From: an uncultured bacterium
GTDB taxonomy: Bacteria > Actinomycetota > Acidimicrobiia > Spongiisociales > UBA5794
Assembly (NCBI GenBank): GCA_963801165.1
Contig: CAWDDT010000013.1
Coordinates: 32,001-96,000 of the forward strand
Direction of reading: 5' to 3'
Length of the DNA stretch: 64,000 bases
Shown here: in pieces, positions 41,351-50,530 of the stretch
How the letters are laid out: every line of letters begins with the position of its first letter
How positions within the stretch are numbered: position 1 is the first letter of the stretch
Notes under the pieces: model-generated
The model's database searches: none
Seen by the model: only the letters and a program-made list of their open reading frames with translations
Told to the model about the DNA's origin: nothing
Position numbers and translations under genes: made by a program

Positions 41351-41486
41351 ATGCCACCAGTATCAATCAGGCACGTCCGGGATCGGGTCTGAAACCACTT
41401 GGAGTGACGGCTTCGAGGTTGAACGGCACTTTGTTTCCCCACCGAGACGCCGGTTCCGGCGTACCGCCCGTTGTACAGTTTCGGAC

Positions 41487-42152
41487 ATGAGCGTGAATTC
41501 CGTCTCGTTTGATGATCCGGATGACGGCGACCTCTTCGTATTCTCCGGAGACGACATGTTGATTGCGCATTATGACCTGATCGATCTCGACTGGCAGGAG
41601 GTGGCCGAGAGATCAATGCTCGACGCCAGGAGAGGTCTGGTGATCACTCAGGTCGTTGTTCTCGAGGACCTGCTCGACGAGTTCATCCTTTACCTGGCCG
41701 ACAGCGCTGACCAGGTTACGTTCATGGCCCGACTCGATCGGGAGATGACCGGTCAGCGGCTTAAGCGCTTCAGGCTAAGTCTGGAAAAGGCCGACCTACT
41801 AGACGACCGCGCGTTCGGTCTCGTCGAGGACCTTTCGAAGGTGGTGCGACGACGGAACGAGCTAGCTCACGGAACGATCCATATTCGCCCTGTTGGCAGA
41901 CACCGCGTCGTACCGCTTGGCGGCGACGTTGACTTGGAGTGGGTGATCACGTCTCGTCGGAGCGACGAGACGAAACGGATCACTATGCGGATGCTCCGCG
42001 AAGACCTTGAGAAGGCGATCGGCGTATTCACGGCCCTCCTCGGCTATGCAGAGTGGTTTGTCGAGCACGCACCTCAGCCCGTGCACTTCTCCGGTGGTCG
42101 CTATCTGAGTGTCCTCGGTGGTGACATCTCATCGGCGCGACCCGGGAGTTGA
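41487..42152 (+). CDS. Standalone HEPN-domain protein (putative RNase)
   Basis: Helical protein with upstream LE motif and RNELAH (Rx4H). Confidence 0.6.
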   Translation: MSVNSVSFDDPDDGDLFVFSGDDMLIAHYDLIDLDWQEVAERSMLDARRGLVITQVVVLEDLLDEFILYLADSADQVTFMARLDREMTGQRLKRFRLSLEKADLLDDRAFGLVEDLSKVVRRRNELAHGTIHIRPVGRHRVVPLGGDVDLEWVITSRRSDETKRITMRMLREDLEKAIGVFTALLGYAEWFVEHAPQPVHFSGGRYLSVLGGDISSARPGS

Positions 42153-42207
42153 GCAGAAACACAGCAGGTTTCGCCGAATCCAATCGCTGCAGAAAAGCGG
42201 TATCTGG

Positions 42208-42236
42208 CGCGCCCTTTCGCGCCCTCTCCGCGCCCT
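42208..42236. repeat. Putative integrase arm-type sites (right)
   Basis: cgcgccct at 42208, 42218 and 42229. Confidence 0.65.
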
Positions 42237-42277
42237 CGGGGCGAATTCGTAGCCTCGCGGAATCGCAGCGCGAACCT

Positions 42278-42306
42278 TAGAAACCCCCGGAAAACGGGGG
42301 TTTCTA
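42278..42306 (-). terminator. Hairpin terminator downstream of tRNA-Asn
   Basis: tagaaacccccg-gaaaa-cgggggtttcta, 12-bp perfect stem. Confidence 0.75.
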
Positions 42307-42308
42307 CG

Positions 42309-42385
42309 TGGCTCCGGGGGCGAGACTTGAACTCGCAACAAACGGATTAACAGTCCGCTGCTCTGCCGAATTGAGCTACCCCGGA
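42309..42385 (-). tRNA. tRNA-Asn (GTT)
   Basis: Reverse complement TCCGGGGTAGCTCAATTCGGCAGAGCAGCGGACTGTTAATCCGTTTGTTGCGAGTTCAAGTCTCGCCCCCGGAGCCA folds as a cloverleaf with GTT anticodon and CCA end. Confidence 0.97.
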
Positions 42386-42501
42386 ATGGGTTCTGCCTCT
42401 GGGCCGGGCGATGGTATCAGACGTGCTACAGGATACATAATGCCCGTCGGTCGGGTTCGTGGTGCTGTGCGATCGACCGCCGGGCGTGGCACAATGCCCT
42501 C

Positions 42502-42753
42502 ATGAAGCTTCGCACCGCTCTCTTTTTCGGGATCGGCTACCTGCTCGGCGCCAAGGCCGGAAGGGACCGTTACGAGCAACTCCGCCGCCTCTACCTGCGC
42601 ACCGCGTCGAACGATCACGTCCGCCGGATGATCGATCAGGGCCGAGATCTGATCGACACCGGAACGATCCAGGCACGCGAGGTCGTGGCTCAGCAACTGT
42701 CGCAAGCCGGCGACATCATCCGGCAACGTGCCGGCAGTACCGACCCCGGCTGA
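42502..42753 (+). CDS. Small membrane-anchored YtxH-like protein
   Basis: GIGYLLGAKAGRDRYEQL actinobacterial motif. Confidence 0.75.
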   Translation: MKLRTALFFGIGYLLGAKAGRDRYEQLRRLYLRTASNDHVRRMIDQGRDLIDTGTIQAREVVAQQLSQAGDIIRQRAGSTDPG

Positions 42754-42761
42754 GGCTGCGG

Positions 42762-44249
42762 TCACCCGACGAGCCGGAGTGTCAGTTCGAAGACGTTCCC
42801 GTCAGGAGCGCGCCGGTAGGAGAGCTCCCCGTCCATCAACCGGGCGAGCTGTCGGGAGATAGACAGACCGAGTCCCATCGAGGCCGTGACCCCTTCGACG
42901 CTGTGGGCACGCTGGTACGGCTCGAAGATCCTGTCACGATCCTCCAGATCGATGGGAGCACCCCGGTCTTTGACTGCGACCACGGCCATCGTCTCCCCCG
43001 CCCTCACCTCGACGGTGATCGGTTCGACCCCGTAGCGAACGGCATTGGAGATCAGATTGCGCAGGATCTGCCGAACCCGCGCCGGGTCACCCCATGCCTT
43101 GGGTGAATCGCCTTCCAACTCCATACCAACGGTGTCGCCCCGGTTCCACATCTCGAGAATCTGCGCAGCCTGAGCCCGCAAATCGACAGCGACGTGAGCA
43201 ACCGATAACGCTCCGGATTCAGCCTTCGCCGCCACCAGTAGGTCCTCGACGATGTTGGTCAGGTCAACCGACTCGGTGACGATCGACTCGATCATCTCGG
43301 CACGCTCGCCGGCGGTGAATCCTGATTGACCTTCATGCAGCAGTTGTGAGAACCCGACCAACGAAGTCAGGGGAGTCCGCAGCTCGTGGGAAATCGACGT
43401 GATCAGCTGATCCTTCGAGCGGATCAGCTCCTCGAGCCTGGCCCGTGTCTCGATCCTGTCGGTGACATCGATCGCCTGGCCGATCATGTAGTGCGGGCCG
43501 CTGCCCGGATCACCGGTCGTGGCCATGAATAGGTCGACGACGCGCACTTCCCCGTTGCTCCGAACGTAGCGCAGCTCAACCTGAGCGGTGTCCTCGGTAC
43601 CCGCGACTAACGGCGCCAACTCAGACATCAGCACCGGTCGATCTTCCTCGCAGACGATGGACCCGAGCCACTTGCCTTCGAGATCGTCGTGTGAATAGCC
43701 GGTCTGTTCGAAGAACGCCTTGTTGCCCGTGGCGAACTCACCGTCGAACCGGATGAGCACCATGGCCACCGGGGACTTCTCGAAAGTCGCCCGAAAACGC
43801 CGCTCGCTTACCGCGAGGGCGCGTTCGGTATCGACCCGAGCCGAAACGTCGCGCAGGGCCGCGGCGAACAGCGGTTCGCCGTCCACCTCTAGCGCGGACA
43901 GACTGACCTCCGCCGGGAAAACCGAGCCGTCACTGCGGCGTGCCTTAACGGGAGCCCGCTCCCACGCCGGCGTGTCGTGGCCGTTACCCCGGGCCACGAA
44001 CGTGCTCATCTGGTGGGGATGGGTTGCATGATATTCGTCGGGTATGAGCAGGTTGAGGTCGTTACCGAGGACTTCGTTGACTCCGTAGCCGAAGACACGC
44101 TCGGCAGCCCGGTTGAACAGCACAATGCGTTGGTCGCGGTCGACCACGATTAGTGGATCGGCAACAGCGTCCGTGAGTGACTGGTACAGCTGATCCGATA
44201 CGCGCGCAACAAGCGACCCGCCCTCACCGGGGCGCGAATGAGCTATCAA
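42762..44249 (-). CDS. Cytoplasmic PAS-PAS sensor histidine kinase
   Basis: Two PAS/PAC domains (FNRAAERVFGY; RRSDGSVFP.EVS), SHELRTPL, NLISNA, GLGL; RBS gaggagg before TTG. Confidence 0.88.
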   Translation of the reverse strand: MIAHSRPGEGGSLVARVSDQLYQSLTDAVADPLIVVDRDQRIVLFNRAAERVFGYGVNEVLGNDLNLLIPDEYHATHPHQMSTFVARGNGHDTPAWERAPVKARRSDGSVFPAEVSLSALEVDGEPLFAAALRDVSARVDTERALAVSERRFRATFEKSPVAMVLIRFDGEFATGNKAFFEQTGYSHDDLEGKWLGSIVCEEDRPVLMSELAPLVAGTEDTAQVELRYVRSNGEVRVVDLFMATTGDPGSGPHYMIGQAIDVTDRIETRARLEELIRSKDQLITSISHELRTPLTSLVGFSQLLHEGQSGFTAGERAEMIESIVTESVDLTNIVEDLLVAAKAESGALSVAHVAVDLRAQAAQILEMWNRGDTVGMELEGDSPKAWGDPARVRQILRNLISNAVRYGVEPITVEVRAGETMAVVAVKDRGAPIDLEDRDRIFEPYQRAHSVEGVTASMGLGLSISRQLARLMDGELSYRRAPDGNVFELTLRLVG

Positions 44250-44365
44250 TCGCTGAACCTCCTCGCCACCATCCTGGCCCGGCGCTCCTCTGTCATCGAC
44301 TTTGTCAACAATAATCGACCGTCTGCATCGGCAAACCGGACAGATTCCTTGAATCTGAATCCACC

Positions 44366-44470
44366 GTTGCAGATTGTCGGGTTGCAGATTGCCAGGTTGC
44401 AGATTGCCAGGTTGCAGATTGCCGGGTTTCAGATTGCCGGGTTTCAGATTGCCGGATCGCATATTGCCCG
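44366..44470. repeat. 15-bp tandem repeat, 7 copies (VNTR)
   Basis: gtt(g/t)cagattg(c/t)c(a/g)g x6 plus one degenerate copy. Confidence 0.9.
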
Positions 44471-44479
44471 TGCGTCGAT

Positions 44480-45385
44480 TCAGGCGCAGATTCTCTCCAG
44501 GGCGAGATTTCCGCACTCCGCCCAACGAGCATCGTCGATCCGACCGGCATCCACCATGATCACGGCAAAGAAGATTGCCCAGCCGATCGCCCGCTCCCAC
44601 GTGGCCTCGGACACCTCCCCGTACGCGGACCGGAACTGTGCGTGCCATGCGGTCGGGAAGAAGAGCCACGCTGCCGACAGGTCGGTAGCCGGATCGCCGG
44701 CGCCGAGGTCGCCCCAGTCGATCACCGCCCGGATCTCTCCTGCGGCAACGATGACATTGCGAGGATGCAGATCGCCGTGCAGCCAGCGACGATCGGCGAC
44801 GTCGATCGGCACGTCCTTCACCCGGTGCCAGACGTCCCGGACCCGATCGACCGGGACGCTCATCTCGCCGGGCCCAATCCGATCGAGACGCTGCTCGACC
44901 GAAAACGAGCGGTCGGCGAGCGGCCCGCCCCGCCAGGGATTCAACGGTGCGTCGTGCGGTGCCACCGAATGTAAGAATCTGAGAAAATCACCGAGCTTCG
45001 CCGCCTCGTGCGGATCGGGAGGCGCCAGCTCTGCGCTCTCTCCTTCGATCCACGGAACGATGCTCCACGGCCACGGGTAGCCGCGCCCCGGCACACCGGT
45101 ACGGATCGGCGCCGCAGTCGGAAGCGGTAGGCCGGGTGCCAGCTCGGGCAACCACCGTTGCTCCTTGACCAGCATGTCTGCGCCCAGCTGACGCCGCGGG
45201 AGACGGATCGCCATCTCGTCACCGAGCCGGTAGGTCGTGTTGTCCCACCCGCTGCCATAGAGACCGATCGGCTCATCGGCCATGTCGGGGTGCTGGTCCT
45301 GCAACAACGACCGGACGAGGTCGACGGTTATCTCGACTTCCGCAGGGGGTATACCAGGTGGCCGGATACGTCCGAGATCAGGCAC
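44480..45385 (-). CDS. Aminoglycoside phosphotransferase-family kinase
   Basis: [36 protein letters not shown]. Confidence 0.88.
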   Translation of the reverse strand: MPDLGRIRPPGIPPAEVEITVDLVRSLLQDQHPDMADEPIGLYGSGWDNTTYRLGDEMAIRLPRRQLGADMLVKEQRWLPELAPGLPLPTAAPIRTGVPGRGYPWPWSIVPWIEGESAELAPPDPHEAAKLGDFLRFLHSVAPHDAPLNPWRGGPLADRSFSVEQRLDRIGPGEMSVPVDRVRDVWHRVKDVPIDVADRRWLHGDLHPRNVIVAAGEIRAVIDWGDLGAGDPATDLSAAWLFFPTAWHAQFRSAYGEVSEATWERAIGWAIFFAVIMVDAGRIDDARWAECGNLALERICA

Positions 45386-46520
45386 CCTCGAGATAGCCTT
45401 CGAGCCGCTTCGCCCGGGCGGGCTGGCGTAGCTTGGCCAGCGCCTTGGTCTCGATCTGGCGGATCCGCTCCCGGGTCACATGGAAGTGGCTACCCACCTC
45501 TTCCAGGGTCTTGACCTTGCCGTCGGCGAGGCCGAAGCGCATGACCAGCACTTGTCGCTCCCGCTCGTTGAGGCCTTCGAGCACGAGCGACAGGTACTCC
45601 TGGAGGAGCTTGAACGAAGCAACCTCTACCGGGACCTCCGCATCGGTGTCCTCAACGAAGTCGCCAAGGGTGGAGTCGTCCTCCTCCCCGAGCGGGGTCT
45701 CGAGCGAGACCGGATCCTGGGCGATCCTGCGCAGCTCGGTGACCTGTTGCGGCTCCAGCTCGAGCTCCTGGGCGATCTCGGTGATGGTGGGTTCCCGACC
45801 CAGCTCCTGCATCAGCGTTCGCTGGGCGCGGGCGAGCTTGTTGATGGTCTCGACCATGTGCACCGGCACCCGGATGGTACGTGCCTGGTCGGCGAGAGCC
45901 CTGGTCACCGCCTGCCGGATCCACCAGGTGGCGTATGTGGAGAACTTGAATCCCTTGCGGTAGTCGAACTTCTCAACGGCACGGATGAGCCCCAGGTTGC
46001 CTTCCTGGATGAGATCGAGAAGCGACAGGCCCCGCCCGACATACTTCTTGGCGATCGACACGACGAGCCGTAGGTTGGCCTCGACGAGTCGTTTCCGGGC
46101 GCGATCGGCGTTGCGGGCGGCGCGTTGCAGTATCACCCGCTCCGCCACGGGCAGCTCGACGGCGGTCTCTCCCTGCAGTTTCTCCGAGGCCCGCCCACCC
46201 GATTCCATCTGCATGGCGAGCTCGACTTCTTGCTGTGGAGTCAACAACGGGTAGCGCCCGATCTCCTGGAGGTACATGCGAACCGGGTCGGAGACGTGCA
46301 CCAGCTCGTCACTGCTGAGCGCGGTGGCCTCCAGCGCGTTTTGGGAGTCCTCTCGGACGGTTACCTTCTCGGTCTGCAGCGCCTCGACGACCTCGTCAAA
46401 GGCCTCAGGCGGTGCCTCGACATCTTCGAGCTCCTGCAGAATCTCGGTCACAACTAGAAAGCCGCGCTGCTTCCCACGCTTGGTCAGCATCTCGAGAACG
46501 CCTGTGGCTGCTTCGTTCAA
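45378..46520 (-). CDS. rpoD: Principal sigma factor RpoD/SigA
   Basis: [50 protein letters not shown]. Confidence 0.95.
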   Translation of the reverse strand: MNEAATGVLEMLTKRGKQRGFLVVTEILQELEDVEAPPEAFDEVVEALQTEKVTVREDSQNALEATALSSDELVHVSDPVRMYLQEIGRYPLLTPQQEVELAMQMESGGRASEKLQGETAVELPVAERVILQRAARNADRARKRLVEANLRLVVSIAKKYVGRGLSLLDLIQEGNLGLIRAVEKFDYRKGFKFSTYATWWIRQAVTRALADQARTIRVPVHMVETINKLARAQRTLMQELGREPTITEIAQELELEPQQVTELRRIAQDPVSLETPLGEEDDSTLGDFVEDTDAEVPVEVASFKLLQEYLSLVLEGLNERERQVLVMRFGLADGKVKTLEEVGSHFHVTRERIRQIETKALAKLRQPARAKRLEGYLEGA

Positions 46521-48286
46521 TCGCGGCTCCGTAGTTGCTTCTTCTGCTGCTGCAAAGCTACCAACTCTGCAAACCTGTCGGAATACTCCTGTGCGTCCGG
46601 TCCCAGGTTGGCCAGGAGCCTCTCCAATTCGGTGATCCGGCGGGTCAGCCGATCGACTTCCAGTCGGTTGATCACGTCCGCTGCCTCGTACATGTCCCTA
46701 TCGACGAGAGCCAGCTCGGCCAGAAGGGTAGCTTCCTCAGAGTCGTTCGCTCCCAACGCGCCGCCGAGGTCGGGCACCGCCCCGGGTTCCAGCGACTCGA
46801 TCGTGGGTCGAACCAGAAGGTAGGCCGAAAGGTGCCGCGGATCCGAGAAGAGGTGCTCCAGATCGCCAAACGAGCGAACCTGCCGGTCGTTGGCGAGCAC
46901 GAGCCGCAGTAACTCTTGCTCGGCTCTCTCGGTCCCGCTCAGACGTCGTCTCCGCGCAGGCGGTGGGGGCGACGCCGGCGCCGCCCGGTCCTGCTGACGG
47001 TTCCGACTCGCGGTGGCGATCGCGTCCTCGACAAGCCGCTTCTCGACTCCGGTGCGCTTCGAGATCAGGTTGGCGTACTCCTGGCGAACGAGCGAATCGG
47101 TGTAACGCGCCACCATGGCCGCAGTGGCTCGCACCGCCCGGCCCCGCGCCTCTACCTCGTTCAGATCGTGCCGGATCAGCTCGCGATCGACTGAGAACTG
47201 GAGCAGCGGCTGGGAGCTTTGCATCGCCTCGACCAGCCGGTCCGTGGCCCCCTCGGCAACCAGATCGGCCGGGTCCCTTCCCTCCGGCAACACAACAACC
47301 CTCATGTCGAGGTCGGCCGGTATCGCCAGATCAAATCCGCGCAACGCCGCTCCCGCTCCCGCCTCATCAGCGTCAAACGCCAACAGCACCCGCTCGCTGA
47401 ACCGCCGCAACAAATCGAGATGGTCCTCACCAAGCGCCGTTCCGCAGGTCGCCACGGCCACCGGGTGACCCGCCAGATGAAGCGCGATGACATCGGTATA
47501 TCCCTCAACAACGACGGACTCGTTGCGTCGCACCACCTCGCTCTTCGCCCAATTGAGACCGTAGAGGAGCCGGGATTTCCTGTAGATCGTCGTCTCGGAC
47601 GTGTTCAGGTACTTGGGCCCGTCACCGTCGAGCCGGCGTGCCCCGAAACCCACCGGATCACCACGCAGGTCGAAGATGGGGAACATGATGCGACCGCGAA
47701 ACCGGTCGATCATGCGGCCACGGGAGCTCTTCGACGCAAGACCCGCATCATCGAGGGTCTTGTAGTCGAAGCCCCTGGACTTGAGGTATCGGGTGAGCTC
47801 GTCCCATCCTGTGGGCGAGTAACCAATCTCGAACCGGTCGACCACTTCGCCGCCGTAGCCGCGCCCGCGCATATAGCTGCGAGCCTGCCCGGCGTCGGGC
47901 CCCTTCTTGAGACGCTCCCGATAGAAGTCCACGGCCTCCCGGGTCGCCCGCACCAGCTCTTCACGCTGGCTTCGTTTTCTCGCCTCACCCGGCGCCTCTG
48001 TGAGGGTGATGCCGGCACGCCGCGCCAGCAGTTCGATGGCCTCGCGGAAGTCGAGGTTCTGGGTTTCCTGGACCCAGGCGAAAATGTCTCCACCCTTGCC
48101 GCAGCCGAAACAGTGGTACAGCCCACGGGCCGGGTCAATCGAAAGCGACGGCGTCTTCTCCTGGTGGAATGGGCACACCGCCATGACGGTCCTCCCCGAC
48201 CGCTTCACCTTGGTCACCTCGGCAGCAAGCTCGACCAGATCGGTCTTGTCGCGGATGCGCTCGATGTCCTCACGGGGGTATGCCAC
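46517..48286 (-). CDS. dnaG: DNA primase
   Basis: CPFH.EKTPS..CFGC zinc finger, PKYLN, VEGYTDV, FDAD.AG TOPRIM. Confidence 0.96.
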   Translation of the reverse strand: MAYPREDIERIRDKTDLVELAAEVTKVKRSGRTVMAVCPFHQEKTPSLSIDPARGLYHCFGCGKGGDIFAWVQETQNLDFREAIELLARRAGITLTEAPGEARKRSQREELVRATREAVDFYRERLKKGPDAGQARSYMRGRGYGGEVVDRFEIGYSPTGWDELTRYLKSRGFDYKTLDDAGLASKSSRGRMIDRFRGRIMFPIFDLRGDPVGFGARRLDGDGPKYLNTSETTIYRKSRLLYGLNWAKSEVVRRNESVVVEGYTDVIALHLAGHPVAVATCGTALGEDHLDLLRRFSERVLLAFDADEAGAGAALRGFDLAIPADLDMRVVVLPEGRDPADLVAEGATDRLVEAMQSSQPLLQFSVDRELIRHDLNEVEARGRAVRATAAMVARYTDSLVRQEYANLISKRTGVEKRLVEDAIATASRNRQQDRAAPASPPPPARRRRLSGTERAEQELLRLVLANDRQVRSFGDLEHLFSDPRHLSAYLLVRPTIESLEPGAVPDLGGALGANDSEEATLLAELALVDRDMYEAADVINRLEVDRLTRRITELERLLANLGPDAQEYSDRFAELVALQQQKKQLRSRD

Positions 48287-48338
48287 GGGCGGAGTGTACC
48301 GGGGTGGGGTGACCAGCCGTCCTTGGCCGCTGCCAGCC

Positions 48339-48398
48339 ACCTCACACGGAAATGAACGACCTCACACAGAAATGAACGACCTCACAGAAATGAAAAAG
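48339..48398. repeat. Three ~20-bp tandem repeats upstream of dnaG
   Basis: acctcacacggaaatgaacg / acctcacacagaaatgaacg / acctcacagaaatgaaaaag. Confidence 0.85.
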
Positions 48399-48441
48399 AA
48401 GGGAAGCCCGGAGGGAGGGGAGGGAGATGGGCTTCCCTTCT
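48397..48441 (-). terminator. Intrinsic terminator with a C-rich 19-nt loop
   Basis: 13-bp stem agaagggaagccc/gggcttcccttct followed by a U-run on the minus strand. Confidence 0.7.
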
Positions 48442-48469
48442 ATTTCAATGGGGGCAAGCCCCCGAATCT

Positions 48470-48545
48470 GTGCTTTTTGTTCAGTGCTTTTTGTTCAGTG
48501 CTTGTTGTTATCTGCGCTTGTTGTTATCTGCGCTTGTTGTTACCT
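48470..48545. repeat. Five degenerate 14-16-bp tandem repeats
   Basis: gtgctttttgttca x2, g(t/c)gcttgttgtta(t/c)ct x3. Confidence 0.85.
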
Positions 48546-48718
48546 GCGTCGTCCGATCGCTGCAGCCGCCTTGCGACGTGCAGTATCCATCAGGAACGCG
48601 ATATCTGGGTGAATTGTCATTCTGGCCTCGAATTCGATAGTCGCATCATGCATGATATCGACTCAATTGTCAAACAATATGTTTGTATTATCGGCCATTG
48701 CTGATAATCTTTTAGCCA

Positions 48719-49168
48719 ATGGACCATATTGACTATCAAATCGTTGAGTTGCTGTCTGAAGATGGAAGACTGGCCTACGCCAAGATCGCCGAGCGCATCG
48801 GAAAGTCGACCGCGACCGTCCATCAGCGAGTTCGCCGCCTCCGTGAACGCGGCTACATCAACTCCTTCCGTGCCGATCTGAACTGGGAAGCCCTCGGCTA
48901 CCCGCTCGATTCCTACATCAGCATCCGCGATACCGAATCGCGGGGTCTCGGCCACCTGTGCGACAAGCTCCGTTCGATCCCCTTCATCGTCTCGGCAGCC
49001 GCCGTTACCGGCGAGTTCGACCTGCTCCTGCACATTCGAGCCCGCTCCTCGAGCCAGCTCGGCGAGATCCTCGACGAGATCCGGCGCATCGCCCCCGGCC
49101 CGACCCGCACTGTCGTCACGCTCACTTCCTACATTTCGGGGCAGACTCCCCCGCTCCCGGCGGACTGA
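48719..49168 (+). CDS. Lrp/AsnC family regulator
   Basis: MDHIDYQIVELL.EDGR..Y..IAE.IG.S..TV..RV.RL, VTGEFDLLL. Confidence 0.92.
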   Translation: MDHIDYQIVELLSEDGRLAYAKIAERIGKSTATVHQRVRRLRERGYINSFRADLNWEALGYPLDSYISIRDTESRGLGHLCDKLRSIPFIVSAAAVTGEFDLLLHIRARSSSQLGEILDEIRRIAPGPTRTVVTLTSYISGQTPPLPAD

Positions 49169-49186
49169 CGCGTATACTCCGGCCGC

Positions 49187-50260
49187 ATGATCTGGCTGGT
49201 CGTCGTGTTTGTCTTTGCTCTTGCCGTCGCCGCCGCAACCGTGGTCAGCAAAGGCGACCCGTTCCAGACAGCAGCCAAGGAGTTGGGGCTCAAGCTGAGC
49301 CGCAGCGTCCCGGAGCTGACTCCTCGACTCGACGGCATGATCGACGGACTCGCTACGAAGATCGACATCGTCGGCGGCCATCAGGCTACGGTCCGATACC
49401 GCGTCTTCTACCCGGCGCTTGGCATCGCGTTGCGGCTTGATCGGGAGACGACGATAACCCGCACTCTGGGCCAGTTGGGCAGAGGCGACCAGCAGATCGG
49501 GGATGCAACCTTCGACGCCAAGTTCCGGGTGAATACCTCACGACCCGATGCGCTCAAGACGATGCTCACACCTGAGCTCCGTCGCAGCCTGGTCGATCTC
49601 ATCGATCGCTACCCCGGCGTTGTCGTCACCGACGGTGAGATCTCCCTGTTCAATGTCAACGTGGAACCACCCGCCACCGAACTGGTTACTACGACCCGTG
49701 ACCTCGTCGCCGTCGCCCGGTTGCTTGTCGCCAACCGCCCCGCACCGGCAACCGCGACGGATCCGCTCCAGACACGGCCGGCAGCTGCGACGCCGCGTGC
49801 CCCCGAAGCCGGGAGAGACGAGACTCCCGGAGAGACGGTGAACCAGGCAAGGCCGGCACCGGTACCTGTGGCGCCTCAACTGGAGGAGTCCGCACCAACG
49901 ACCGGGAGCGGTCTTCCCCAAGGATTCTTCGAGGAAGCATTCGGGACGAACCGGCTCAGCTTCGAGGACCAGGGCACGTTCGACAACGAGATCAAAGGCA
50001 GAATCGTTACCTTGTCGGGGGTGGTGAGACAGGCGAGCGAGGCTGCACCGGACTACGACGGGTCGGGCCAAAGCAAGGTCGTCGTCACCGTCGCCCGGAT
50101 CAATAACAGCCTGTACGGCGCTACGGACATCGATGCCGTGGTCTACCTGAAGACCCATGTCGATGTCGAGCGCGGCGCCAACATCACTTTCACGGGCACC
50201 GCAGACCGCATCGACGCCTTCATGCGCAGCGTTTACATCACCGATGCCCGGCTCGCTTGA
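49187..50260 (+). CDS. Membrane-anchored hypothetical protein with Pro-rich linker and possible C-terminal OB-like domain
   Basis: N-terminal TM helix, IGD..FD..F.V motif, consistent codon bias. Confidence 0.65.
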   Translation: MIWLVVVFVFALAVAAATVVSKGDPFQTAAKELGLKLSRSVPELTPRLDGMIDGLATKIDIVGGHQATVRYRVFYPALGIALRLDRETTITRTLGQLGRGDQQIGDATFDAKFRVNTSRPDALKTMLTPELRRSLVDLIDRYPGVVVTDGEISLFNVNVEPPATELVTTTRDLVAVARLLVANRPAPATATDPLQTRPAAATPRAPEAGRDETPGETVNQARPAPVPVAPQLEESAPTTGSGLPQGFFEEAFGTNRLSFEDQGTFDNEIKGRIVTLSGVVRQASEAAPDYDGSGQSKVVVTVARINNSLYGATDIDAVVYLKTHVDVERGANITFTGTADRIDAFMRSVYITDARLA

Positions 50261-50530
50261 GAGCGGAGAAGAAGACCCGCCCCGATTGCCAGCCCGCTGT
50301 CAGGCCGGCCGCATCGGAAGCAGTCATTCCCTCGAACCCGCACCGGTCAAGCGCCGCCACCAACTCGGCAACCTCATAGCAGTGCTGGGTGAGCGTCACT
50401 CCGCGCCGTGTCCAGCCGTCTTGGCTCTCCACGAACCACGTGAATCGCGGAAATCCAGCACCTCGATCACCCGAACTGCGAAACCACCCCAACGGCGGTT
50501 GTAGATGTCGGCGAAATCGTCGTAGCTCAA
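50238..50530 (-). pseudogene. Internally deleted class I SAM-dependent methyltransferase
   Basis: TTG overlapping the glyQS stop gives [15 protein letters not shown].., then jumps frame to a C-terminal FTWF..DGW.R..LTQ.CY..EL..AL...GF..RVFFSA; no GxGxG core. Confidence 0.6.

Larger units (their letters stand above)
39921..41368 (-). mobile_element. IS110-family insertion sequence (ends inferred)
   Basis: Transposase with ~200-bp non-coding ends on both sides; TTGACA (39939-39934) near the 3' end and GATACT (41364-41359) near the 5' end; no TSD or terminal IR. Confidence 0.8.
29602..42361. mobile_element. Integrative mobilisable element (IME) in tRNA-Asn, ~12.7 kb
   Basis: Direct repeat at both ends; tyrosine integrase, excisionase and MobF relaxase; no T4SS genes. 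Confidence 0.9.

Noticed and set aside
44366-44470. Pentapeptide-repeat N-terminus of the kinase (635-aa ORF call), or CRISPR
   Set aside because: The extension overlaps the APH gene and a stronger RBS/start lies at 44249; there are no spacers.
44480-45385. Bona fide aminoglycoside resistance gene
   Set aside because: Belongs to a widespread APH-like kinase family in a core context; substrate cannot be inferred.
48339-48545. Short repeat clusters as a CRISPR array
   Set aside because: Units are contiguous with no unique spacers, too short, and no cas genes are in the window.
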